This document shows positions 1-8,255 of a stretch of DNA of 64,000 nucleotides, in pieces. The notes under the pieces are model-generated. The model did no database searches. It was given only the letters and a program-made list of their open reading frames with translations, and was not told the origin of the DNA. The position numbers and the translations under genes are program-made. How positions within the stretch are numbered: the first letter of the stretch is position 1; each line of letters opens with the position of its first letter. Origin of the DNA: Blastocatellia bacterium (GTDB taxonomy: Bacteria; Acidobacteriota; Blastocatellia; UBA7656); NCBI GenBank assembly GCA_035315885.1, contig DATFXM010000058.1:10317-74316 (forward strand), in the 5' to 3' direction.

Positions 1-113
1 CTCGGGTTTCGGGTTTCGGGTTCGTTAGATTCAGTATGACTCTATCTCACATTAGGCGTCTTTCGAGTCTCCATCTAATGAACCCTAAACCCTAAACCCG
101 AAACCCTAAACCG
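1..113. repeat. Family-T element. It has a (GGGTTTC)n arm at 4-24, a ~50-nt spacer, and a (CCCTAAA/CCCGAAA)n arm at 83-112. The left arm may be cut by the window edge.
   Basis: GGGTTTCGGGTTTCGGGTTCGTTAGAT (4-30) is the near reverse complement of ATCTAATGAACCCTAAACCCTAAACCCGAAACCC (74-106). Confidence 0.8.
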
Positions 114-247
114 TTTTCCAGCCATTCGTGGTAAAAATCATATTGCGCACCGGGTGGCCGGCACATATTATGTGCGCCTCACTCGGCGAGATCGTGTGGC
201 TCGCCCAGTTCAACAAACAAAAAAACAAAATAACAGGAGCAGATTCG

Positions 248-637
248 ATGAAGAAACTTTTTGTTCTTCTGTCCGTTTTGACGCTGGTGGTTGTTGCCGG
301 CGCCCAGAACAAAAACACTTCGGTCAAGTCCAAAGCCGCCAAAACCGCCACAGACTGTGCCGGGGTTGACGACTCGAAGCTCACCGCGGACGTCAAAGAG
401 AGGCTGTCGAATACGCCGTCTCTCAAGGATTTCAAAATTGATGTTTCAGTGAGCGGCGCGGTCGTGACCCTCACCGGTTCGGTGAAGACTGGACTGAACA
501 AGGGCCTCGCGTCTTCTCAAACCAAGCGTGTCCCATGCGTAAAGAAAGTGGAGAACAAGCTGACAGTGGAGGCTAAGCCTGAAGGCAACAGCAACCGCAA
601 GCCCAAGTCAAAGAAGACTCCGAATAAGAACGCGTAG
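248..637 (+). CDS. Secreted BON-domain protein
   Basis: ORF 128..637 trimmed to ATG 248, which follows AGGAG. Signal peptide MKKLFVLLSVLTLVVVAGA. BON-like segment LTADVKERLSNTPSLKDFKIDVSVSGAVVTLTGSV. Confidence 0.75.
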   Translation: MKKLFVLLSVLTLVVVAGAQNKNTSVKSKAAKTATDCAGVDDSKLTADVKERLSNTPSLKDFKIDVSVSGAVVTLTGSVKTGLNKGLASSQTKRVPCVKKVENKLTVEAKPEGNSNRKPKSKKTPNKNA

Positions 638-643
638 TTTCTA

Positions 644-735
644 ACTTCGTAGTCCCGCTTTGAGCCGAAGCCCATGATGAAGACCCAGTCTCATTCAATC
701 CTGAATGTCTTCCGGCTGAAGGCGGGACTACGAAC
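644..735. repeat. Imperfect 27-nt inverted repeat between convergent genes, possibly a bidirectional terminator-like hairpin. It is not heptamer-based.
   Basis: ACTTCGTAGTCCCGCTTTGAGCCGAAG (644-670) pairs with CTTCCGGCTGAAGGCGGGACTACGAAC (709-735). It lies between the BON stop (635-637) and the DUF885 stop (740-742). There is no T-run. Confidence 0.5.
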
Positions 736-739
736 ACTT

Positions 740-2572
740 TCACTCGAGCAGTTTCCCTTTGTCACCAGGCATGAGCATCTGCCGCTGAATCCAGAGCGGA
801 GCGTAGCCGTTGGACAACAGCCTGTTGTGAAAGTCCTCAAGCGAAAAGTTGTCGCCCTGGTAGTGCTGATAATCGCTGCGCATCTTTAGAATCGCAAGTT
901 TGCCTACAGAGTAAACGAGATAAAGCGGGTCGAACGTACCGCGGCTCGCTTCGATCTTCGCAGGCGTCTCACCCATATAACCGTTATCGATGAAAAACCG
1001 CGTTGCCTGCTGCACAGTCATGCCGGCGGTGTGCAGCCGGATTCCGCACTCGAACCTGCACAATCGAAGGAGCGCGTCGGCAAGCTGGCCAAGACGCAGC
1101 TTCGGATCGCCGTCGCCAAATCCTTCGTCAAGCATCATCTGCTCGGTGTAATGAGCCCATCCCTCGACAAAACTGCCGGGCAAGAACGCGACCGTCCGCC
1201 TGACAACCGACTCGACGCGGTTCAGATATTCTCCTTGCACGAAATGACCGGGATACGCTTCGTGTATCGACGTTGTCCAAAGCTGCGCATCGTTGACTGA
1301 GGCGAGATACTCTTGCTTCTGTTTGTCAGTCCATGACGGGTCGACGTCGGTGATCATATACCTCGACGGCAGAGGCCGAGTCTCGAACGGCCCGGGCGTC
1401 CACATACTTGCTGTCGACCAGCGCATGAAATCCGGCGACTGGGACACCTCAACGTGAACGTCACGAGGCAGCCCGACAATGTGTTTGTCCTGAATGAACT
1501 GAAGCAGTCGCTCGAGCCTGTTTCGCGCCTCGCGGACCAGCGTCCCCGGACTGGGATGTTCCTTCTGCACCTCGGCCCAAACCGTCGCCGCGCTTTTGTT
1601 AGGATCAATCAAAGCAGCGGTGTGCCTGAACTCCGTCTGAGTCTTCGCAAGCTCGCGGTCGGCGATCTTCAGCAAGGCGGAGACCGGCATATCGATGCCT
1701 TCCTCGTACCTGAGTCGGGCTTCGTAGTTGTGCAGGCCGATGGCGAAGCTCGGCGTCGGATCAGGCTTGATCTGCTCCAGCAGTTTGATGTGCTTCTCTA
1801 TTGCCTCGGACGCTACGCGAGTCGACTTACTGAAATCTTTCTTGAGAGCTGGATTGGCCACCGACTTGAACGCGGTGGGCAATTCTTTCTGGATGAAGCT
1901 CAACATGCCTCGGTTGTTCTCGATCGCGACTCGCAACAGAGTTGCATCCGGTCTGTGAACGTTTGCACGAGCGTCTTCCAGGAATCGAGGGATCTGCTTT
2001 TCCTTCGATATGAGATGCTTGAGCCGAACCTCTGCAGGCGCGTACTCAAAGATGACCAGCGGCAACAACGCCGTAGACAAAACTTCAGTGTACATTGCCG
2101 GATTTCGCTCAAAGGCTTTGATCTGCTCGAGCTCCAGAAGCCTTGAGGACACGTTCGATGAAATGATCTGGTAGTCGAACAGATCTGACAGGCCGAGCTC
2201 CAGCCTGGGAATTTTGGCAATCTTGGATTGAAAATGCCTTATCGCTGCCACTTCCTCCGCGATCGCCAGCGGGCTGAAGTCTTCGAGCTTATCGTCCCAG
2301 GCATGCACTCCGCTGGACAAAGCGAGGGATGGATGACGACTGTGCAGATCGTCAATGTACTCCCTGACCAGTGAAGGAAACGTTGCAGCCGCCATCTCGC
2401 TTTTTGTCTCGCCTTCCTGCCCTTTCCTCTTTACCAATGCGAGCGCCGAACAAACACTTGTCGCCATCAGTACTGCCGCGATCACGCTTTTACCGATGAC
2501 CAGACACGAACCATCCAGTCGAGACCTCACCTTTATTTTCAATCCGCCTTTCCTATTTCTTGACGTCTTCAA
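740..2572 (-). CDS. DUF885 family protein (metallopeptidase-like)
   Basis: 610-aa ORF. Motifs HEAYPGHFVQ and EGWAHYTEQMM are typical of DUF885. N-terminal hydrophobic segment. The start codon is uncertain (20-nt overlap with proC). Confidence 0.8.
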   Translation of the reverse strand: MKTSRNRKGGLKIKVRSRLDGSCLVIGKSVIAAVLMATSVCSALALVKRKGQEGETKSEMAAATFPSLVREYIDDLHSRHPSLALSSGVHAWDDKLEDFSPLAIAEEVAAIRHFQSKIAKIPRLELGLSDLFDYQIISSNVSSRLLELEQIKAFERNPAMYTEVLSTALLPLVIFEYAPAEVRLKHLISKEKQIPRFLEDARANVHRPDATLLRVAIENNRGMLSFIQKELPTAFKSVANPALKKDFSKSTRVASEAIEKHIKLLEQIKPDPTPSFAIGLHNYEARLRYEEGIDMPVSALLKIADRELAKTQTEFRHTAALIDPNKSAATVWAEVQKEHPSPGTLVREARNRLERLLQFIQDKHIVGLPRDVHVEVSQSPDFMRWSTASMWTPGPFETRPLPSRYMITDVDPSWTDKQKQEYLASVNDAQLWTTSIHEAYPGHFVQGEYLNRVESVVRRTVAFLPGSFVEGWAHYTEQMMLDEGFGDGDPKLRLGQLADALLRLCRFECGIRLHTAGMTVQQATRFFIDNGYMGETPAKIEASRGTFDPLYLVYSVGKLAILKMRSDYQHYQGDNFSLEDFHNRLLSNGYAPLWIQRQMLMPGDKGKLLE

Positions 2573-3377
2573 CCAGTTCCCTGGCGCGTTGAGTCGCCTT
2601 CACAACCGCTTTTATCAATGTGACTCGTAGACCGCCTTCTTCAAGCTCGAGTATACCGTCGATGGTGCAGCCGGCCGGCGTCGTTACCATGTCCTTGAGC
2701 TTCGCAGGGTGCTCCGCCGTTTCGAGCACCATGGAACCTGCGCCTACAACTGTTTGTGCCGCGAGCTCGGTCGCAACGTCTCTTGGAAGTCCGACTTTGA
2801 CTCCCGCTTCCGCGAGGGACTCGATCACTATGTAGATGAAGGCGGGTCCGCTTGCTGAGAGCCCGGTGATCGCATCCATGTGCTTTTCGTCAGCGACGAC
2901 AGTCCGTCCGACTGAATCGAAGATGAACTTCGCCAGAGACACGTCTGCGGCGGTCGCGTATTTTCCGGGAGCGATTCCGGTCATGCCTTTGTTGAGCTGA
3001 CTCGGAGTATTCGGCATAGCGCGAATGACCGGAACTGCTGCTGACAGATGACTCTCAATGACGCCGGTACTAACCGAGGCCGCAACCGATATCAGAAGCT
3101 GCGAAGGTCTAAGGGACTCGCCAATCTCATTGAGCACCGCGGGAACGGTTTGCGGCTTGACGCTCAGAATGACAACGTCCGCCTGTGCTGAGGCGTCGCG
3201 ATTCGAGAGCGTCCCCTCGATTCCGAAACGATCGCGAATATAGTCCAGACGGATCTGATGACCTGCTGTGACGCGAATGCTACCGGGCTCGGTCACTCCA
3301 GCTTGCAGCAAGCCTTTGATCAAGGTCTCGCCGAGTTTCCCCGCTCCCAGGACCGCGAGTCTCTTCTCTCCGAGCAT
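2553..3377 (-). CDS. proC: Pyrroline-5-carboxylate reductase
   Basis: Rossmann motif LAVLGAGKLGETL; P5CR-like RAMPNTP and TTPAGCTI segments. The start was moved from 3437 to ATG 3375-3377, which is preceded by AAGGAG. Confidence 0.9.
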   Translation of the reverse strand: MLGEKRLAVLGAGKLGETLIKGLLQAGVTEPGSIRVTAGHQIRLDYIRDRFGIEGTLSNRDASAQADVVILSVKPQTVPAVLNEIGESLRPSQLLISVAASVSTGVIESHLSAAVPVIRAMPNTPSQLNKGMTGIAPGKYATAADVSLAKFIFDSVGRTVVADEKHMDAITGLSASGPAFIYIVIESLAEAGVKVGLPRDVATELAAQTVVGAGSMVLETAEHPAKLKDMVTTPAGCTIDGILELEEGGLRVTLIKAVVKATQRARELVEDVKK

Positions 3378-3477
3378 TTTGTGACTCCTTAGTTCTTCAA
3401 ATTGCTTCGTCCCATTGTCATCGAAGGTCTCGAGCAATGTTTATAGCTGGTTTCGACGATCCAACGCAAAGATGCAG

Positions 3478-3682
3478 GGCGGAAGGTCGGAGATGAGGGG
3501 ATGAGGAGAAGGGCGAAGGGGCCAAGGGGGCGACCCGGAGACGCGGGGAGGAGGGACGCGGGGACGTGGAGAGGAGGAGGTGGCATTATGCTCGGAGACG
3601 GCGAGAAATGCAGACATCGAAGAGGTCTGCTCCGTGTCGCCCCTTCGCCCCTTTGCACCTTCCCCTCATCTCACTTTCCGCC
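3478..3682. repeat. Family-E element. It is a ~45-nt imperfect inverted repeat (GATGAGGR units plus a GGCGAAGGGGC core) with a ~115-nt spacer, in the divergent proC/cysK region.
   Basis: GGCGGAAGGTCGGAGATGAGGGGATGAGGAGAAGGGCGAAGGGGC (3478-3522) pairs with GCCCCTTCGCCCCTTTGCACCTTCCCCTCATCTCACTTTCCGCC (3639-3682). Confidence 0.75.
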
Positions 3683-3750
3683 GCTTTGCGCACCTCTGCT
3701 TAATCCTGCTAGGCTACGCATTCAAATAAACCTGTCACCGGGACATTCAC

Positions 3751-4695
3751 TTGCTAAACCGACCAAAGATCTGCAACGACATTCTCGAAACGATTGGACA
3801 CACACCGCTGGTACGCCTCAATCGGCTTCCCCGCGCGGGCTCCGCCGAGGTTCTGGTCAAACTCGAGTCCTTCAACCCAATGAGGAGCGTCAAGGACCGC
3901 ATCGGGTTCTCCATGATCGATGCCGCCGAACGCGAAGGCAAGATTGCGCCCGGCAAGACGACAATCATCGAGCCTACGTCCGGAAACACCGGCATCGGCT
4001 TGGCGATGGCCGCCGCGGCCAAGGGCTACCGAATGATTCTGACGATGCCTGATTCAATGAGCGTCGAACGCATCAGAGTTCTGCAGGCGTTAGGCGCTGA
4101 AATCGTACTCACTCCCGAGAAACTACAGATGAAGGGCGCGATAGCAAGAGCCGAAGAGCTGCTCCTGGAGATTCCCGACAGCTTCATGCCGCAGCAGTTC
4201 GACAATCCAGCCAATCCTTCAATTCATCGCGAGACTACCGCTGTAGAAATAATCGACGACACCGATGCGCAGCTTGATGCCTTCGTAGCAGGTGTCGGCA
4301 CAGGTGGAACGATCACAGGAGTGGGTGAGACGCTCAAAGAGCGGCTGCGGGACGTCAGGATCATCGCAGTCGAGCCCAAAGATTCCGCAGTGCTGTCGGG
4401 TGGACCACCCGCACCCCATCTCATCCAGGGCATCGGCGCCGGATTCATACCTTCAGTCCTCAACATGGAAATAATCGATCGCATCATTCCCGTCGAGTAT
4501 CAGGATGCGAAGGACACTGCGCGCCGTCTGGCGCGCGAGGAAGGAATCCTTTGCGGCATCTCGTCGGGAGCTGTCTGTTGGGCGGCCTTGAAAGTGGCCA
4601 CCGAGATGACTACCGGGCAGCGAGTCGTCGCAGTGCTGCCCGACCTCGGGGAGAGATATTTGACAACCGATCTGTACGCATTCGACGCGGAATAA
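3751..4695 (+). CDS. cysK: Cysteine synthase A (O-acetylserine sulfhydrylase)
   Basis: IGHTPLVRLNRL, PLP-lysine motif SVKDRIG, and TSGNTGIGLA. TTG start as in the track; the exact start is uncertain. Confidence 0.9.
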   Translation: MLNRPKICNDILETIGHTPLVRLNRLPRAGSAEVLVKLESFNPMRSVKDRIGFSMIDAAEREGKIAPGKTTIIEPTSGNTGIGLAMAAAAKGYRMILTMPDSMSVERIRVLQALGAEIVLTPEKLQMKGAIARAEELLLEIPDSFMPQQFDNPANPSIHRETTAVEIIDDTDAQLDAFVAGVGTGGTITGVGETLKERLRDVRIIAVEPKDSAVLSGGPPAPHLIQGIGAGFIPSVLNMEIIDRIIPVEYQDAKDTARRLAREEGILCGISSGAVCWAALKVATEMTTGQRVVAVLPDLGERYLTTDLYAFDAE

Positions 4696-4713
4696 TGCAA
4701 GGAGCCAACGAAA

Positions 4714-5241
4714 ATGACTGACCTTCGCTTTCCGATCGGCAAGGCTCAACTCGAGCGCGACCTGACCGGCGCAAGGCGCCGCGAGTTGATCGACCAGATT
4801 GCGGCGGCGCCTGAAAACTTGAGAAAGGCAGTCCTCGGTTTGAAAGAAGAGCAGCTTGATACCGAGTACAGACCCGGCGGCTGGACGGTGCGGCAGGTTG
4901 TTCATCACGTGCCCGACAGTCATTTGAACTCGTACATCCGATTCAAGCTGGCGCTGACCGAAGACGAGCCTACAATCAAGCCTTACGACGAGGCGGCCTG
5001 GGCTGAGCTTCTAGAGGCTCGAACCGCACCCCCGGAAATATCACTCGGGTTGCTTGATGCGCTGCACCAACGATGGGTTCTTCTGCTGCGGGAGATGAGT
5101 TCGGGCGACTATCAACGAACCCTCAGGCATCCGGAGATCGGACAGCTCTCACTCAACGAAGTGCTCTGTATCTATGCGTGGCATGGTCGTCATCACACCG
5201 CGCACATCACCGCACTCCGCGACCGGATGGGCTGGAACTAG
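4714..5241 (+). CDS. DinB/YfiT-family metal-dependent (thiol) transferase-like protein
   Basis: 175 aa. His triad context HHVPDSHLNSY ... AWHGRHHTAHI is typical of YfiT/DinB. AAGGAG precedes ATG 4714. Confidence 0.75.
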   Translation: MTDLRFPIGKAQLERDLTGARRRELIDQIAAAPENLRKAVLGLKEEQLDTEYRPGGWTVRQVVHHVPDSHLNSYIRFKLALTEDEPTIKPYDEAAWAELLEARTAPPEISLGLLDALHQRWVLLLREMSSGDYQRTLRHPEIGQLSLNEVLCIYAWHGRHHTAHITALRDRMGWN

Positions 5242-5259
5242 CCGACACTCAATTGAATT

Positions 5260-6774
5260 ATGCAAAGAACTGCTCGCGTCTGCGCGGTGATCACCGAAGA
5301 GACGACCGCCGGTGCGCTGCGAGCACTTCAGGAGTCGGCGCGTGTAGCGGATCTCGCGGAGATTCGACTGGACTACCTGCGTGACTTCGATTTTGGCGAG
5401 CCGCGGAATCTGTCTGTGTTCCTCGAACGCCAGCCGCTTCCGGTGATCATCACCTGCCGGGATGTGGATGAGGGCGGACACCAAGCGCTGGACAACGACC
5501 TGCGCCTTCGGCTGCTTGCGGAAGCCAGCCGAACCGCGGACTACTCCGACGTTGAAGCCGTCCACTACGCTCGGCTCATTGAGCTCGGCGCCGATACCTC
5601 GCGGCTGATTGTCTCTTATCACAATTTCAAAGAAACCCCTGCCGACCTCGATTCAATTTATGATCGACTAGTGTCGTTCCCGGCGGCAATCCACAAAATC
5701 GCCACGTTGGCGCAACACGCCAGCGACTGCTTAGCACATTTCAAGCTTCTGGAAAGAGCTCAGCGGGAGCGTCGAGATCTCATTGCGATTGCGATGGGAC
5801 ATCGCGGGATAATCTCGCGACTACTGGGGCCGAGTCGAGGAAGTTTTCTGACTTACGGCTCTTTCGGTCGAGAAAAGGAAAGCGCGGCGGGCCAGCTCAC
5901 TTGCCGGGAGATGACCAGGAGATATCGCATTCGCGATCTCTCAACTAAGACTAGAATGGTAGGAATCATCGGCCGTCCGGTTGCTCATTCGGCGTCTCCA
6001 GCGATGCATAACGCGGCGTTCGCTGAAACCGGCCTTGATTTCGTCTACGTGCCTTTTGAGGTCGACGACGTGAATGAGTTTGTTCGGCGAATGATTCTCG
6101 TGTCGACTACGGAGTCTGGTCTCGACTTTCGAGGCCTGAGCGTCACGATTCCGCACAAGTCCGCGATATTGAATTTGGTCGATGAGCTGGACCCCATAGC
6201 TAGCGCGGTGGGCGCAGTGAACACGCTGGTGATAGATCATGGAAAACTCCATGGGTACAACACCGACGTGCGCGGCATGCTGGCACCGCTTGCTGAAGTG
6301 CTGTCAATCGAAGATCACAGCTTTGCGGTTATCGGTGCGGGCGGTGCAGCACGAGCGGTTATCTGCGGATTAAAGTCTCGCGGCGCGCGTGTTGAGGTCT
6401 TTGCGCGTGACCCAGCGAGGGCAAGCGGGATCGCCGGCGATTTCGACGTCAAGATCAAGCGTCTCGATGATCTGCATAAGAGCGAGGCTACTGTACTGAT
6501 CAACGCGACTCCGGTCGGAATGCATGGACACAGCGAGGGAGTGAGCCCCGTATCTCCTGACGTATTTGAGGGACGAATTGCCGCCTATGACCTGATATAC
6601 AATCCGGCCGAGACTCAGTTCCTGAAGGACGCCCGCGAGCGTGGTTGTCTCACGCTCAGCGGCATGGAAATGCTGGTGACTCAGGCTGCCGCGCAGTTCG
6701 AGCTCTGGACCGGAAGGAGCGCTCCGGTTGAAGCGATGCGCAAGGCATGCCTTGAGTATCTCGCTGAAAGCTGA
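5260..6774 (+). CDS. aroDE: Bifunctional type I 3-dehydroquinate dehydratase / shikimate 5-dehydrogenase
   Basis: The N-terminal ~230 aa are AroD-like (RVCAVITEET..LAEIRLDYL..IVSYHNF). The C-terminal part is AroE-like (GIIGRPVAHSASPAMHNAAF, SVTIPHK, GAVNT, GYNTD, GAGGAARA). Confidence 0.85.
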   Translation: MQRTARVCAVITEETTAGALRALQESARVADLAEIRLDYLRDFDFGEPRNLSVFLERQPLPVIITCRDVDEGGHQALDNDLRLRLLAEASRTADYSDVEAVHYARLIELGADTSRLIVSYHNFKETPADLDSIYDRLVSFPAAIHKIATLAQHASDCLAHFKLLERAQRERRDLIAIAMGHRGIISRLLGPSRGSFLTYGSFGREKESAAGQLTCREMTRRYRIRDLSTKTRMVGIIGRPVAHSASPAMHNAAFAETGLDFVYVPFEVDDVNEFVRRMILVSTTESGLDFRGLSVTIPHKSAILNLVDELDPIASAVGAVNTLVIDHGKLHGYNTDVRGMLAPLAEVLSIEDHSFAVIGAGGAARAVICGLKSRGARVEVFARDPARASGIAGDFDVKIKRLDDLHKSEATVLINATPVGMHGHSEGVSPVSPDVFEGRIAAYDLIYNPAETQFLKDARERGCLTLSGMEMLVTQAAAQFELWTGRSAPVEAMRKACLEYLAES

Positions 6775-6935
6775 CCTTCGCCTGGATGATGAAGTTGCTT
6801 AGGATTCTCGTTGTGGATGAGACGAATTAATCAAAGTTTGCTGTCAAGAACCAACCGACAGCCCGTCTCGAAGAGGTTCTTATCTCCGCTCACTCGGGCA
6901 AGCGACCAACGTCATCCGACCCGCTCACAAAGCTC

Positions 6936-7595
6936 ATGCCGTCGAAACAAACCGTCAGCGCAGATTCAAAAGGTGAGTTCACAATCAACTCCCTGACTGC
7001 AGGTCTCTACCGGATCGACACCAACTTGCGGGGCGAGGACCTGTTCGTGCGGTCTATATCGCTTGAGCCTTCGGCGTCCGGTTCAAAAGGCTTCGATATC
7101 GCCTGGGCCGGGATCTCACTCAAAGTGGGTGAACAGGTCAAAGGTGTGATCGTCACGCTGTCGCAGGGAGCTGCAACGGTGAAGGGTCGCCTGGTGGTAG
7201 ACGAAAAACAGAAGCCTCCTGTAAACAAGATGCGCGTCTATCTCGTGCCCTCTGAAAAGGACACGGCGGACGATGTCCTTCGATATGCCGAGGCCGGTGT
7301 CGAAGGTGATGGCTCATTTGTAATGACGCACCTCGCGCCGGGCCAATACTGGATTCTTGTGCGGGAGGTTGTCGAACAGGACCGCTCAGGGAAGGAGCAT
7401 GCGCCGCTGGCCTGGGAGTCCGGCGGAAGGATGAGTCTGCGGTTCGAAGGCGAGGCGTTGAAAAAGACTCTGGACCTGGCACCATGTCAGCGCTTGTCGG
7501 ACTACGCGGTCACGTACGTTCCTTTGACCGCTCCATCCAAGCCGGCAAAACAACCACCAAAGAAACCATCGAGCACATCGAGTCAACCTCGGTGA
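6936..7595 (+). CDS. Hypothetical protein with carboxypeptidase-regulatory-like beta-sandwich repeats, possibly 5'-truncated or a pseudogene
   Basis: GEFTINSLTAGLYRI and GSFVMTHLAPGQYWI resemble CarboxypepD_reg repeats. There is no signal peptide at ATG 6936. The frame stays open upstream to an in-frame TAA at 6828-6830. Confidence 0.45.
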   Translation: MPSKQTVSADSKGEFTINSLTAGLYRIDTNLRGEDLFVRSISLEPSASGSKGFDIAWAGISLKVGEQVKGVIVTLSQGAATVKGRLVVDEKQKPPVNKMRVYLVPSEKDTADDVLRYAEAGVEGDGSFVMTHLAPGQYWILVREVVEQDRSGKEHAPLAWESGGRMSLRFEGEALKKTLDLAPCQRLSDYAVTYVPLTAPSKPAKQPPKKPSSTSSQPR

Positions 7596-7675
7596 TGTTG
7601 TAGAGTACGCCCTCCCTAGCTCGCCAACTGAAACACAGTGGACTTTTCGGATTTAAGACTGATTGGAGGATTCGC

Positions 7676-8152
7676 ATGGGCGCTGAAAAGGGTGAACTGG
7701 CCCCGGACTTCGAGCTGCCGAGCCATCTGGGGCAGAAGGTAAAGCTGTCCAGCTATCAAGGAAAGAAAAACGTATTGCTTGCATTTTATCCGTTGGCGTG
7801 GACTGGTGTCTGAACGATGCAGATGCCCTCGTACGAGGCTGACCTTGGCCGATTCGAGAGGCATGAAACCCAGGTACTGGGTATCTCAGTCGATTCAGTT
7901 CCCTGCAATGCCGCGTGGGCCAAGAGCCTCGGCGGTCTTTCGTACGACCTCCTGTCAGATTTCGAACCGAAGGGTGGCGTAGCGAGGATGTATGGGGTGT
8001 ACCGCGAGGAAGGCTACAGCGAGCGAGCCCTCTTTCTGATCGACAAGTCAGGCAAGATCGTCTACAAGGACGTTCACGAAATTGGAGACAAACCCGACAA
8101 CGAGGTGATTCTCAGTTTGCTGGAGACCTTGACTGAGGGGAAGAGGAGATGA
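7676..8152 (+). CDS. AhpE-like 1-Cys peroxiredoxin with in-frame UGA (7811-7813) at the peroxidatic position; candidate selenoprotein, otherwise a nonsense pseudogene
   Basis: ATG 7676 follows GGAGGA. The 45 codons MGAEKGELAPDFELPSHLGQKVKLSSYQGKKNVLLAFYPLAWTGV are followed by TGA, then continue in the same frame as track ORF 7817..8152 (TMQMPSYEADL...LLSDFEPKGGVARMYGV...). P-LAW-T-GV-[TGA] fits the Prx PxxxTxxC motif. Confidence 0.7.
7811..7813 (+). other. In-frame TGA; candidate selenocysteine codon
   Basis: Same frame as ATG 7676 and as ORF 7817..8152. It occupies the Cys slot of PxxxTxxC. Confidence 0.55.
7823..7864 (+). promoter_or_regulatory. Candidate bacterial SECIS-like stem-loop, 10 nt downstream of the UGA
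   Basis: AUGCC-CUCG (7823-7831) can pair with CGAG-A-GGCAU (7855-7864), giving 9 bp with one bulged A. An inner GGCU/GGCC helix has a 6-nt apical loop. Folded by eye only. Confidence 0.3.
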
Positions 8153-8255
8153 GGAGATGAGGAGAAGCGGCGAAGGGACGGGGAGAGACGCAGTGAACCA
8201 AAGGACCTTTCTCGGGTTCGCCTCTTCGCCTCATCTCCTCATCCCCTCATCTCCC
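8143..8255. repeat. Family-E element. (GAGGAGAT)3 plus a GGCGAAGGG arm, a spacer, and a (CCTCATCY)3 arm, between convergent genes.
   Basis: GAGGAGATGAGGAGATGAGGAGAAGCGGCGAAGGG (8143-8177) pairs with CGCCTCTTCGCCTCATCTCCTCATCCCCTCATCTCCC (8219-8255). The Prx TGA (8150-8152) spans the junction of units 1 and 2. The TlpA-like stop (8255-8257) abuts the other arm. Confidence 0.85.

Noticed and set aside
1-113. CCCTAAA/TTTAGGG arrays as a telomere or a linear replicon end
   Set aside because: Identical arrays occur three more times internally (10.0, 59.9 and 61.9 kb). They are always short, paired in inverted orientation, and flanked by ordinary genes.
3389-4052. ORFs 3389..3658 (minus strand) and 3501..4052 (plus strand)
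   Set aside because: They are Gly/Arg/Pro-rich translations of the GA-rich family-E spacer and of the out-of-frame cysK 5' end.
7817-8152. Treating ORF 7817..8152 as a stand-alone 111-aa protein
   Set aside because: It would lack the Prx N-terminal half and catalytic motif. The upstream 45 codons in the same frame supply exactly that half and have their own SD and ATG, so the Sec/pseudogene model explains the data better.
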